From the NCBI GenBank assembly GCA_964534115.1, contig CAZHOK010000002.1, positions 2,622 to 66,621 of the forward strand: a stretch of 64,000 nt of DNA, read 5' to 3'. A model generated the notes under the pieces. It had not been told where the DNA came from. It was given only the letters and a program-made list of their open reading frames with translations, and did not search any database. This document shows positions 45,664-54,930 of the stretch, piece by piece (positions within the stretch are counted from its first letter, which is position 1; each line of letters opens with the position of its first letter). The position numbers and the translations under genes are program-made. The stretch comes from an uncultured Beijerinckia sp. (lineage in GTDB: Bacteria; Pseudomonadota; Alphaproteobacteria; Rhizobiales; Beijerinckiaceae).

Positions 45664-46860
45664 TTGACGGAGATCGATCTCTCCAATGCCGGTTCCGCCG
45701 CGCGGCGTGAGGCGGACGCGCCGCATAGCAAGCTCTTGCGCATGCCGGCAGGCCGCCCACTCCATATGGATTCAGGAGTTGCTCTCAGCCCCTTCAACAT
45801 TGCCTACCAGACATACGGGGAATTGAACGCGGAGCGCTCAAACGCTGTTCTCGTCTGCCACGCGCTGACAGGCGACCAGCACGTTGCCAATACCCATCCT
45901 CTCACTGGAAAGGCGGGATGGTGGGAGACGATGGTGGGGCCTGGGAAGCCAGTCGATACGGACCGTTACTTCGTTATTTGCTCCAATGTCATTGGCGGGT
46001 GCCTGGGTACAACCGGACCAGCATCGACGAACCCGTTGACGGGCAAGCCATATGGGCTTGATATGCCAATGGTTACGATCCGGGACATGGTCCAGGCTCA
46101 GGCCTACCTTATTGATCACCTAGGCATCGAGCAGCTGTTCTGTGTCATTGGCGGATCGATGGGGGGGATGCAGGTCTTGCAATGGGCCGCAAGCTTCCCG
46201 GAACGTGTCTTTTCAGCAATTCCGATCGCTGCAGCAGCCAAGCATTCTTCGCAGAACATTGCGTTTCACGAAGTAGGCAGACAGTCCATTATGGCAGATC
46301 CCGACTGGGCACATGGAAGATATTTTGAGACGGGCCGTAAACCAACGAAAGGGCTCAGCGTTGCGCGCATGGCCGCTCATATCACCTATCTTTCAGATGA
46401 AGCGCTACATCGAAAATTTGGGCGGAAGTTTCAGAACACGACAGCGCCGACTTTTTCTTTCGATGCAGATTTTCAAATTGAAAGTTATCTACGACATCAG
46501 GGCTCAACATTCGTTGAGAGGTTTGATGCCAATTCATATCTGTATCTGACACGCGCCATGGATTATTTTGATCTAGCCGCAGATTATGACGGAATTCTTG
46601 CTAAAGCTTTTCAAGGCTCCAAGACTCGTTTCTGCCTTGTTTCGTTCACATCTGATTGGCTTTTTCCGACAAGTGCAACGCGATCAATCGTTCACGCGCT
46701 GAATGCAAGTGGAGCTTCAGTCTCTTTTGTTGAGATTGAAACTGATAAGGGTCATGACGCCTTTTTGCTGGACCTACCAGAACTCTTTGTCACAACGGCC
46801 GGTTTCTTGGAGGGGGCAGCTCGTGCGCGTGGCTTGCCCGCGAGAATATCCGGAAAGTGA
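45664..46860 (+). CDS. metX: Homoserine O-acetyltransferase
   Basis: [23 protein letters not shown] nucleophile elbow, RFDANSY and KGHDAFL. TTG start 7 nt after AGGAG. Confidence 0.94.
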   Translation: MTEIDLSNAGSAARREADAPHSKLLRMPAGRPLHMDSGVALSPFNIAYQTYGELNAERSNAVLVCHALTGDQHVANTHPLTGKAGWWETMVGPGKPVDTDRYFVICSNVIGGCLGTTGPASTNPLTGKPYGLDMPMVTIRDMVQAQAYLIDHLGIEQLFCVIGGSMGGMQVLQWAASFPERVFSAIPIAAAAKHSSQNIAFHEVGRQSIMADPDWAHGRYFETGRKPTKGLSVARMAAHITYLSDEALHRKFGRKFQNTTAPTFSFDADFQIESYLRHQGSTFVERFDANSYLYLTRAMDYFDLAADYDGILAKAFQGSKTRFCLVSFTSDWLFPTSATRSIVHALNASGASVSFVEIETDKGHDAFLLDLPELFVTTAGFLEGAARARGLPARISGK

Positions 46861-47498
46861 CACAAATGGACCCTAGAGAAAAGATGAGTGGCGGTATCCG
46901 CATCGATCTTTTAGTTGTGACCGAAATGGTTTCAATGGGCTCGCGTGTTCTAGATATTGGTTGCGGTGATGGCGAACTCCTGCGTTTACTTGCAGAGGAG
47001 CGCAACGTCGACGCACGAGGGATTGAACTCTCTCAACGGGGCGTCAATGATTGCGTCGCCAAGGGCCTCTCGGTGATACAAGGAGATGCTGACACTGATC
47101 TCGTTGACTATCCAGATGATAGCTTCGATTTCGTGATCCTTTCGCAGACGATTCAAGCCACCCGCAATCCAAAAAGAGTTCTTGAACAAATGCTGCGGAT
47201 TGGACGACATGCCATTGTGTCTTTTCCGAATTTCGGTCACTGGCGAATTCGCGGACATCTCATGTTTCGTGGACGTATGCCAATCACTGAAAATCTTCCA
47301 TTGGCGTGGTACGAAACGCCGAATATTCACTTTTGTACAATTCGTGACTTTATGGCGCTCGTAAATGATGTCGGCGCACATATTGAGAAGGCCGTCGCAC
47401 TAAATAGTTCCGGAGCGCCCATGCGCGTGAGCGCTCCGTGGTGGGTTTGGAATCTTTTTGGGGAACAGGCAGTTTTTCTGCTCAAACGCAATGACTGA
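46857..47498 (+). CDS. metW: Methionine biosynthesis protein MetW
   Basis: [24 protein letters not shown] and [12 protein letters not shown] overlap with metX. Confidence 0.93.
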   Translation: MTQMDPREKMSGGIRIDLLVVTEMVSMGSRVLDIGCGDGELLRLLAEERNVDARGIELSQRGVNDCVAKGLSVIQGDADTDLVDYPDDSFDFVILSQTIQATRNPKRVLEQMLRIGRHAIVSFPNFGHWRIRGHLMFRGRMPITENLPLAWYETPNIHFCTIRDFMALVNDVGAHIEKAVALNSSGAPMRVSAPWWVWNLFGEQAVFLLKRND

Positions 47499-47500
47499 TT

Positions 47501-48037
47501 TCAAGCCTTTGAAGCTTTAGCACGCTCAATGCCCGCGAGTATCAAGGAGCGCGCTTCAGCTGCATCTCCCCAGCGCAAGACCTTGACCCATTTTCCAGCT
47601 TCGAGATCCTTGTAATGGGTGAAAAAATGCTCGATCTGCTCAAGCGTTATGCTTGGGAGATCAGTATAATTGTTCACATTCTCATAACGTCGCGTCAGCT
47701 TAGTCGAGGGAACAGCGACAAATTTCTCATCGCCGCCAGCTTCATCTTCCATCAACAAAACGCCAACAATCCGGCAGCTCATAATGGCACCTGGTATGAT
47801 CGCCCGCGTGTTTGCAACAATGACGTCGCACGGATCGCCATCATCTGAAAGGGTATGGGGGATAAAGCCATAATTCCCTGGGTAGCGCATCGCGGTGTAG
47901 AGGAACCGGTCAACAACAAGGGCTCCCGCCTCCTTGTCCATTTCATATTTAATGGGCTCTCCGCCAATCGGCACCTCAATGACGACATTGACTTCCGATG
48001 GGGGATTCTTGCCAACCGATACGGCTTCGAGACGCAT
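47501..48037 (-). CDS. ppa: Inorganic pyrophosphatase (family I)
   Basis: [27 protein letters not shown] and [11 protein letters not shown] at 48037. Confidence 0.95.
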   Translation of the reverse strand: MRLEAVSVGKNPPSEVNVVIEVPIGGEPIKYEMDKEAGALVVDRFLYTAMRYPGNYGFIPHTLSDDGDPCDVIVANTRAIIPGAIMSCRIVGVLLMEDEAGGDEKFVAVPSTKLTRRYENVNNYTDLPSITLEQIEHFFTHYKDLEAGKWVKVLRWGDAAEARSLILAGIERAKASKA

Positions 48038-48411
48038 GAACTGCTCCGGTGTCTGAAAGGAGAACTTGATTAGGATTACTGCGCCTTGTGGGCAAGCCAG
48101 ACTTTTATTGTAGATCTCACGAAAGCGGCAGCGACAGCCATTCAATAATGACACAAGCCGTTTTCCAGCTCCGCAGAAGAGATTTTTATCTAAGGAGAAA
48201 ATTAGAATACGGCCGCCGTCTTTTTCGGAAAGACCCCCTAAGCGGAGAATGAGAGCTATGCCCATTATGGGCGAAAGGGTCCCGCTGGAGCTAAGATTCG
48301 ACCCGCTTAGCTCGATGCGGACTCAAAGATAAAGGAAAACCGGAGTGCCGCTTCTAAAGTGGAAAAGCAACGACATTTCAATGCGAAGCGCCGGGGATTG
48401 ACGCTTCAAAT

Positions 48412-48486
48412 TGGAGCGGGCGAAGGGATTCGAACCCTCGACCCCAACCTTGGCAAGGTTGTGCTCTACCCCTGAGCTACACCCGC
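48412..48486 (-). tRNA. tRNA-Gly (GCC)
   Basis: Reverse complement GCGGGTGTAGCTCAGGGGTAGAGCACAACCTTGCCAAGGTTGGGGTCGAGGGTTCGAATCCCTTCGCCCGCTCCA gives a full cloverleaf, anticodon GCC and an encoded CCA. Confidence 0.97.
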
Positions 48487-48603
48487 ATCCGTACCGGCAG
48501 AGCCGATAGGGGCGCTATATGACGCATTCCCCTCTGGAATGCAACCGCTGAGGCCTCTGCAACACGTAAAATCTATGGAAGTGGCTTTTTCGCCTGCCAC
48601 CGA

Positions 48604-48632
48604 GTTGCGAAGCGACGGGCTTTGCCCCATCT
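48604..48632 (+). promoter_or_regulatory. Putative sigma32 promoter of cnoX
   Basis: GTTGCGA-N14-CCCCATCT upstream of a heat-shock co-chaperone gene. Confidence 0.5.
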
Positions 48633-48669
48633 GAGAGATGGTAACCTGAGGTTTACTGGAGCCTAATCA

Positions 48670-49575
48670 GTGATGTCTGAAATCAGTCGCACCGCCGGAG
48701 GCGAGGGAGGGGAACCTATCCTCGATACAACAACGGCCACGTTCCGTGAGGATGTCCTTACGGAATCTGCCCGCCAGCCCGTGCTGGTTGATTTTTGGGC
48801 TCCATGGTGCGGCCCGTGCAAGCAGATGACGCCAATCATCGAGAAGGCTGTGCGAGCGGCTGGGGGGAAAGTTAAGCTCGCGAAGATGAATATTGACGAG
48901 CATCCCCAAATCGCAGGCCAGCTGGGCATAAAGTCCATTCCCGCTGTTGTTGCCTTCCAGAACGGGCGCCCAGTCGATGGTTTCGTGGGAGCGCTTCCTG
49001 AGAGCCAGATCAAGGGATTTATCGAGCGTCTGATCGGACCTATCGAAAGCGAAGTAGATTCATTGCTGATCGTCGCAGATACAGCAGCAGAAGAACAGCG
49101 CTTCCAAGAGGCTGGTGAAATCTATTCCGAAATACTTCAGTTGGAACCGGAAAATATCGCAGCTGCTTCAGGTCTCGGTAATGTTTTAATCGAGTTAGGT
49201 CGGATCGATGATGCAAAATCTATTTTTGATTCCATCCCAAGCGAAAAATCATCTGATCCTCGAGTCGTCAAACTCAAGGCGGCACTCGAACTTGCTCTGC
49301 AAGCTAATGACCTGGGCGACATGGCCGAGCTGGAAAGCCGTTTAACCCGCAACTCAGACGACCATGAAGCGCGGTTTGATCTTGCCATTGCCTTGAATGC
49401 AAAAGGTTCGCGTCAAGCAGCAGCTGATTCTCTGCTGATCATCATTCGCAAACAGCGTGACTGGCAAGAAGGCAAGGCTCGCCAGCAATTGCTGCAATTC
49501 TTTGAGGCATGGGGTCCGCTGGACCAAGACACAATCGATGCCCGAAGAAAATTATCTACCTTGCTTTTCTCATGA
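48670..49575 (+). CDS. cnoX: Thioredoxin-TPR co-chaperone CnoX/YbbN
   Basis: VLVDFWAPWCGPCKQM thioredoxin domain followed by TPR repeats, ending ARRKLSTLLFS. Confidence 0.88.
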   Translation: MMSEISRTAGGEGGEPILDTTTATFREDVLTESARQPVLVDFWAPWCGPCKQMTPIIEKAVRAAGGKVKLAKMNIDEHPQIAGQLGIKSIPAVVAFQNGRPVDGFVGALPESQIKGFIERLIGPIESEVDSLLIVADTAAEEQRFQEAGEIYSEILQLEPENIAAASGLGNVLIELGRIDDAKSIFDSIPSEKSSDPRVVKLKAALELALQANDLGDMAELESRLTRNSDDHEARFDLAIALNAKGSRQAAADSLLIIIRKQRDWQEGKARQQLLQFFEAWGPLDQDTIDARRKLSTLLFS

Positions 49576-49588
49576 ATGTCAGGATTGC

Positions 49589-50248
49589 ATGATGGGCATG
49601 AACCATCCCCCTGAAACAACCGCATCGCTCCCGAGCGTACTTCCGATTTTTCCGTTGGAATCAGCGCTTCTGCTTCCGCGCGGAGAATTACCTCTGAACA
49701 TTTTTGAACCACGCTACATTGCGATGGTTGATGATGCTCTGCGCACCAGCCGGATGATTGGCATGGTTCAACCACGCTCCGAAGGAGTTGCTGTCCCGAC
49801 TCTACACAAAGTTGGATGTGCAGGCAGAATCACTCAATTTGCAGAAACTGGCGATGGGAGATACATGCTGTGCCTCACTGGCTTGGCTCGATTTAGAATC
49901 GTAGACGAATTGTCTGTTGTTACGCCATATCGCCAGTGCAAAGTGACATTTGACGAATTTGCACCTGATCTTTCAATTTCCTCAAGCGATATGATGGACC
50001 GCGCTTCGGTCATTTCAACTCTGAGGAGCTTTGCAGAAGCTAATCGTCTCAAAATCGATTGGAAGAGTATCGACCAAACGCCAGATGACGCATTGGTCAC
50101 AGCTCTTTCAATGATGTGCCCATTTGGACCAAATGAAAAGCAGGCCCTACTCGAGGCAACATCTCTCAAGCACAGGGCGGAGGTTTTGGTCGCTATTACA
50201 GAAGTCGAAATTGCAAAGCGAAATGGTCCTGCAAATCGGATTCAATAG
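49589..50248 (+). CDS. LON peptidase substrate-binding domain protein
   Basis: LPIFPL..ALLLPRGELPLNIFEPRY, GCAGRIT and EKQALLEA. Confidence 0.88.
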   Translation: MMGMNHPPETTASLPSVLPIFPLESALLLPRGELPLNIFEPRYIAMVDDALRTSRMIGMVQPRSEGVAVPTLHKVGCAGRITQFAETGDGRYMLCLTGLARFRIVDELSVVTPYRQCKVTFDEFAPDLSISSSDMMDRASVISTLRSFAEANRLKIDWKSIDQTPDDALVTALSMMCPFGPNEKQALLEATSLKHRAEVLVAITEVEIAKRNGPANRIQ

Positions 50249-50254
50249 AGCAAC

Positions 50255-50461
50255 ATGAGCACAGAAGACTTAAAGAAAGGGCCTGAAGGATCAACAATTG
50301 ATCCAAGGCTTTTAGAAATACTGGTTTGCCCTCTCAGCAAGGCAAGCCTTGAATATGACCGTGAAAAACAAGAGCTCATTTCTCGGGCGGCTCGAATTGC
50401 CTATCCAATCCGAGACGGGATACCGATCATGGTACCGGACGAAGCGAGACCCATAGACTGA
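50255..50461 (+). CDS. Trm112 family protein
   Basis: [11 protein letters not shown] and [11 protein letters not shown]. Confidence 0.92.
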   Translation: MSTEDLKKGPEGSTIDPRLLEILVCPLSKASLEYDREKQELISRAARIAYPIRDGIPIMVPDEARPID

Positions 50462-50464
50462 CGA

Positions 50465-51673
50465 TCAAGGCAGCTCTCCCCGCAAAAGAGCTGGGCCTTG
50501 ATAATTTATGCCTGCAGCTTCTTTAATCAAGCGTCGCTTCAATTGAGGCAGGCGCTGGACAATATTCATCCCAAAATCACGCAGGACACGCAACGGCGTG
50601 CTGTCATTCGAGAACAGCCCGTGCAGACCATGCGTCGCCGCAACCATGCTGGTCGTATCGAAATAACGCGCCCGTTCATAATCAGCCAAACAAGCATCAG
50701 AGCCAATATCCGCCCCCTCTCTAAGGGCTTCAGCAATCGACTGGACAAGGGCAGCAATATCTCGGAAAGCCAAATTGACGCCTTGTCCGGCCAAAGGATG
50801 GATCATATGCGCGGCATCTCCAATCAGCGCCATTCTTCGCCCGACAAATCTTCTGGCCAGATGTAAGCGCAGAGGGAAAATCGCAGGGCCCTCTTCAAGC
50901 GACAACTTTCCTAAGCTTGCGCCAAATCTTCTTTCCACTTCAGCAGTTAAATCGTCTTTGGACAGGGCAAAATAGACTTGCGCATCGCGATGCTTTTCTG
51001 TCCAGACAATCGAGGACTTCCGCCCAATGAGTGGCAACATGGCAAATGGGCCGGAGGGAAGAAAATGCTGCGTCGCGACGCCATGGTGCTCTTCTTCATG
51101 ATTGAAGGTTGCCACAATCGCAGAGCGTCCATAGTTGTAAGAAACTGCTTCGATCCCAGAGATTCTTCTAACCTTTGAATTCAATCCATCTGCGCCAATA
51201 ACCATCCGTGCGCGGATGGATTGACCATCTTTCAAATCAACCGCGGAATAAGACTGACCATAGCTGATTTTGCTGATGGCTGTTGACCTCAGATCCAAAC
51301 CAATCCTTTCTGCTTCGTGCTCAAGGCATGAAACAAGATCAGAATCGCGGACCATAGAGGCAAAAGATGTCCCAGCTTCTACCGGCTGATCAAAGTCCAG
51401 GATGAATGGTCGGACAGCATCGCGAATTCGCGAGTCTGAGAGTTGCATGCGCCAAATCGGCTGTGATTTTTGGGCAATCTCAGACCAGACGCCAATCGCC
51501 GACAGCACATTTTTCGAGGAGGAGACAAGCGCAGATGTCCTCAGACTTGGAAGCCGCGACCCGAGTGTGGGGTCAACCAAGGCAACTTTGAAATCGGAAC
51601 CAAACGATTTCCGAAGTGAAATGGCCAAGGAAAGGCCGGCTATGCCACCGCCGACAACCAAAACGTCATGCAC
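50465..51673 (-). CDS. Ubiquinone biosynthesis FAD-dependent hydroxylase (UbiH/UbiF/VisC family)
   Basis: VVGGGIAG, GADGLNSKVR, FLPSGPFAMLPL and LIGDAAHMIHPLAGQGVNL. Confidence 0.9.
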   Translation of the reverse strand: MHDVLVVGGGIAGLSLAISLRKSFGSDFKVALVDPTLGSRLPSLRTSALVSSSKNVLSAIGVWSEIAQKSQPIWRMQLSDSRIRDAVRPFILDFDQPVEAGTSFASMVRDSDLVSCLEHEAERIGLDLRSTAISKISYGQSYSAVDLKDGQSIRARMVIGADGLNSKVRRISGIEAVSYNYGRSAIVATFNHEEEHHGVATQHFLPSGPFAMLPLIGRKSSIVWTEKHRDAQVYFALSKDDLTAEVERRFGASLGKLSLEEGPAIFPLRLHLARRFVGRRMALIGDAAHMIHPLAGQGVNLAFRDIAALVQSIAEALREGADIGSDACLADYERARYFDTTSMVAATHGLHGLFSNDSTPLRVLRDFGMNIVQRLPQLKRRLIKEAAGINYQGPALLRGELP

Positions 51674-51789
51674 TCTTCAAACTCCCTGATTGTTCGAACT
51701 TAGCATTGCTGATTTGGGGCGTCATCTATGGAGAAGAATTGACGGCGGCGGCATATCGCTCCACCCTATAAAAAAACTGGCAAGAGATC

Positions 51790-52650
51790 ATGTCGAGCGC
51801 CTTAGCAAGCCTTCTGGAAAGCCTTCATCTCGAAGAAACAAAATCCGATACTTTTCTCGGGACATGTCCAGCGTTCGGCTGGCAGAGAATTTTTGGTGGC
51901 CTGGTTGTCTCACAGGCAGCAACCGCTATTGCGTGGACCGCTCTGGACAGAGATCTTCACTCACTGCATGGGTATTTCCTTCTCCCGGGAAACCCAAGCG
52001 AGGCGATTAGGTACGAAGTAACTCGTCTTCACGATGGGCGTTCATTTTCGAACAGGCTCTGCCATGCGATCCAAGGGGATCGCTTGATCTTTTCGATGAC
52101 TGGCTCGCTCCAGCGTTGTGAAACTGGATTTGAGCACTCGAAAACCATGCCGCATGTACCGGCGCCCGAGGAACTCCTGAACCTTGCTGATTTGGCTAAA
52201 GAATGGAATTCCTCCATCTCAGCCGGGATTCTGAGGTATTTTCAGCAGGTCCGGCCAATCGAAATCCGGCCCGTCGAGCCCAAGGGGCTTCTTAAGAGAA
52301 CTCCGACCAAGAAGCGATATTATTGGATGCGGGCCTCCGGCAGCCTCCCGCAGGACAAGATTTCCCACCGCGCGGTCTTGGCCTATCTCTCGGATATGAC
52401 CTTGCTAGACATATCTTTGGGTCAACATGGGCGATCGGTCTTTGACCCTTCGATACAAGTGGCCAGCCTCGATCATTCCATTTGGTTCCATAATTCCTGC
52501 CGCGCAGATGATTGGCTGCTCTTTGTTCAGGATAGCCCAAAAGCGTCTGGAGGTAGAGGTTTCTGCCGCGGTGAGATTTTTTCTCGCGATGGAGCTTTGG
52601 TTGCCTCTATCGCCCAAGAGGGCCTGATTAGAGAACGGGCACCCACATAA
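51790..52650 (+). CDS. tesB: Acyl-CoA thioesterase II
   Basis: RIFGGLVVSQA, LHSLHGYF, DGRSFSNR, YLSDMTLL, ASLDHSIWFH and QEGLIR. Confidence 0.92.
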   Translation: MSSALASLLESLHLEETKSDTFLGTCPAFGWQRIFGGLVVSQAATAIAWTALDRDLHSLHGYFLLPGNPSEAIRYEVTRLHDGRSFSNRLCHAIQGDRLIFSMTGSLQRCETGFEHSKTMPHVPAPEELLNLADLAKEWNSSISAGILRYFQQVRPIEIRPVEPKGLLKRTPTKKRYYWMRASGSLPQDKISHRAVLAYLSDMTLLDISLGQHGRSVFDPSIQVASLDHSIWFHNSCRADDWLLFVQDSPKASGGRGFCRGEIFSRDGALVASIAQEGLIRERAPT

Positions 52651-52653
52651 ATA

Positions 52654-52670
52654 TGCCTATTTTTTAGGCG
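52654..52670. promoter_or_regulatory. Putative NtrC-type enhancer
   Basis: 17-bp near-palindrome TGCCTATTTTTTAGGCG, about 115 nt upstream of a sigma54-like promoter. Confidence 0.45.
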
Positions 52671-52784
52671 CAAAATGAGCCTGCTTGGTGGAATACAAAG
52701 CATCTAGAGCTGCAACGACCCCCGATTCTAACGGATTCGCCCAATCTTATCTCGGATTCGTGATCGATTCCGTAGAACGGCAGT

Positions 52785-52800
52785 TGGCACGGCGCTTGAA
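52785..52800 (+). promoter_or_regulatory. Putative sigma54 promoter of glnK-amtB
   Basis: TGGCAC-GGCGC-TTGAA: perfect -24 element, with TTGA instead of TTGC at -12. Confidence 0.55.
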
Positions 52801-52845
52801 TCCCTAGCTTTAGCAAAGCGGCGCCTCGTAACGAGATGCGGCTAA

Positions 52846-53250
<405 letters not shown>

Positions 53251-53279
53251 CGTCCGCCTCGATTGCTTTGGAGTAAGAC

Positions 53280-54767
53280 ATGAAATCCCTATCGAAACTT
53301 ACATCTCTAGGCAGCGCGATCGGCTTGGGCCTTTCGTCGCTTGCTATTTCAGCCAGCGCGGCTTTGGCTCAAGCGCCAACTGCTCCTGTCCCCAATAAGG
53401 GGGATACAGCCTGGATGATCGTCGCGACACTGCTCGTTCTGATGATGTCAATCCCTGGCCTTGCCCTGTTCTACGGTGGGCTTGTCCGGTCAAAAAATAT
53501 GCTTTCGGTCCTGAGCCAAGTATTCATGATCGTATCGCTTGTCTGTATTCTTTGGGTTACCTACGGCTATTCACTGGCATTCACCAATGGTGGCAGCCTC
53601 AACGATTTTGTGGGTGGTTTCTCCAAAGCGTTCCTGATGGGCGTTTCAGCAGAAACAACGGCAGCGACATTCTCGAATGGCGTTGTTATTCCTGAATATA
53701 TCTACATGGCGTTCCAGATGACGTTTGCCTGCATTACGCCGGCACTCATCGTCGGCGCTTTTGCAGAGCGAATCAAATTTTCCGCTCTAATGGTATTTGT
53801 TGCCCTTTGGGTAACGGTCGTCTATTTCCCGATCGCCCATATGGTCTGGTATTGGGGCGGCCCGGACGCCATTGGTGATGCGGCGAAGGCTGTCGCAGAA
53901 GCTGCGGATGAAGCTGCCAAGGCTGCTGCCATGGCAAAGCTGGAAGAGGTCAAGGCAGACGCGGGCTTGATCTTCAAATGGGGTGCCCTCGATTTCGCAG
54001 GTGGCACGGTCGTTCACATCAATGCCGGTATTGCGGGCCTTGTTGGCGCCATCATGATCGGCAAGCGCGTTGGCTATCCGCGGGAAGCGATGACCCCTCA
54101 TTCGCTTACCATGACGATGATCGGCGCCTCGCTCCTTTGGGTTGGCTGGTTCGGATTTAACGCCGGCTCGAATCTTGAAGCGAACGGAACGACGGCTTTG
54201 GCCTTCGTCAATACCTTCGTCGCGACTGCTGCAGCCGCTCTGGCCTGGCTATTCGCGGAATGGGGCACAAAGGGCAAGCCCTCGCTCTTGGGTATGGTTT
54301 CGGGTGCGGTTGCCGGCCTTGTTGCCGTGACGCCGGCGTCTGGATTCGCTGGTCCCATGGGCGCGATCGTTCTGGGCGCGGTCGCAGCGGTTGCCTGCTT
54401 CTTCTTTGTTGCCGTCGTGAAGAACAAGCTCGGTTATGACGACTCCCTGGATGTCTTCGGTATCCATTGCGTCGGCGGCATTATCGGCGCAATCGGGACC
54501 GGCATCCTTGTGAGCCAAGGCCTCGGCGGAGCGGGTATCCCCGATTATGAAAGCAAGCCCGGTGAACTTGCAATTGCAGCCTATGAGCTTACGCCCGCTC
54601 TCATGGCACAGCTCAAGGCGGTCGCACTGACGCTGGTCTGGTCAGGGGTTGGCTCGGCAATTCTCTTCAAGGTTGTCGACTTGATCATCGGCCTGCGCGT
54701 TCCGGTCGATGCAGAGCGCGAAGGTCTTGATCTGGCCGAGCATGGTGAGCGCGCATATAATTATTGA
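53280..54767 (+). CDS. amtB: Ammonium transporter
   Basis: GDTAWM, FQMTFACITPAL, LDFAGGTVVH, WVGWFGFNAGS and DDSLDVFGIH. Confidence 0.97.
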   Translation: MKSLSKLTSLGSAIGLGLSSLAISASAALAQAPTAPVPNKGDTAWMIVATLLVLMMSIPGLALFYGGLVRSKNMLSVLSQVFMIVSLVCILWVTYGYSLAFTNGGSLNDFVGGFSKAFLMGVSAETTAATFSNGVVIPEYIYMAFQMTFACITPALIVGAFAERIKFSALMVFVALWVTVVYFPIAHMVWYWGGPDAIGDAAKAVAEAADEAAKAAAMAKLEEVKADAGLIFKWGALDFAGGTVVHINAGIAGLVGAIMIGKRVGYPREAMTPHSLTMTMIGASLLWVGWFGFNAGSNLEANGTTALAFVNTFVATAAAALAWLFAEWGTKGKPSLLGMVSGAVAGLVAVTPASGFAGPMGAIVLGAVAAVACFFFVAVVKNKLGYDDSLDVFGIHCVGGIIGAIGTGILVSQGLGGAGIPDYESKPGELAIAAYELTPALMAQLKAVALTLVWSGVGSAILFKVVDLIIGLRVPVDAEREGLDLAEHGERAYNY

Positions 54768-54791
54768 TTAGCGCTCTCCAGTAACGAATTG

Positions 54792-54821
54792 AAACGGCGG
54801 CACATCGGTGCCGCCGTTTTT
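54792..54821 (+). terminator. Rho-independent terminator after amtB
   Basis: AAACGGCGGCAC-ATCG-GTGCCGCCGTTT followed by TT. Confidence 0.88.
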
Positions 54822-54843
54822 CGTTTATACCTCCTAGACAAGG

Positions 54844-54858
54844 TTAATCGGGCATTAA
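54844..54858. promoter_or_regulatory. CtrA-binding box upstream of ftsK
   Basis: TTAA-TCGGGCA-TTAA (perfect TTAA-N7-TTAA, followed by C) in the ftsK promoter region. Confidence 0.65.
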
Positions 54859-54930
54859 CCCAGCGCAGCTAACGTGTTTTCTGCTTATTCATTCTGATAT
54901 CGCCGAACCAATCATCGGGCTGTTGCAAAA

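Noticed and set aside
44644-45765. 373-aa chorismate mutase with a long N-terminal extension; likewise the extended starts for clpB (26665), ppa (48265), hpt (38285) and the ABC ATPase (17520)
   Set aside because: The extensions overlap divergent genes or promoters, have no family similarity and lack an RBS, so downstream starts were chosen.
48038-48486. Integrative element or prophage at tRNA-Gly
   Set aside because: No integrase, no duplicated tRNA 3' end that I could see, and core genes on both sides.
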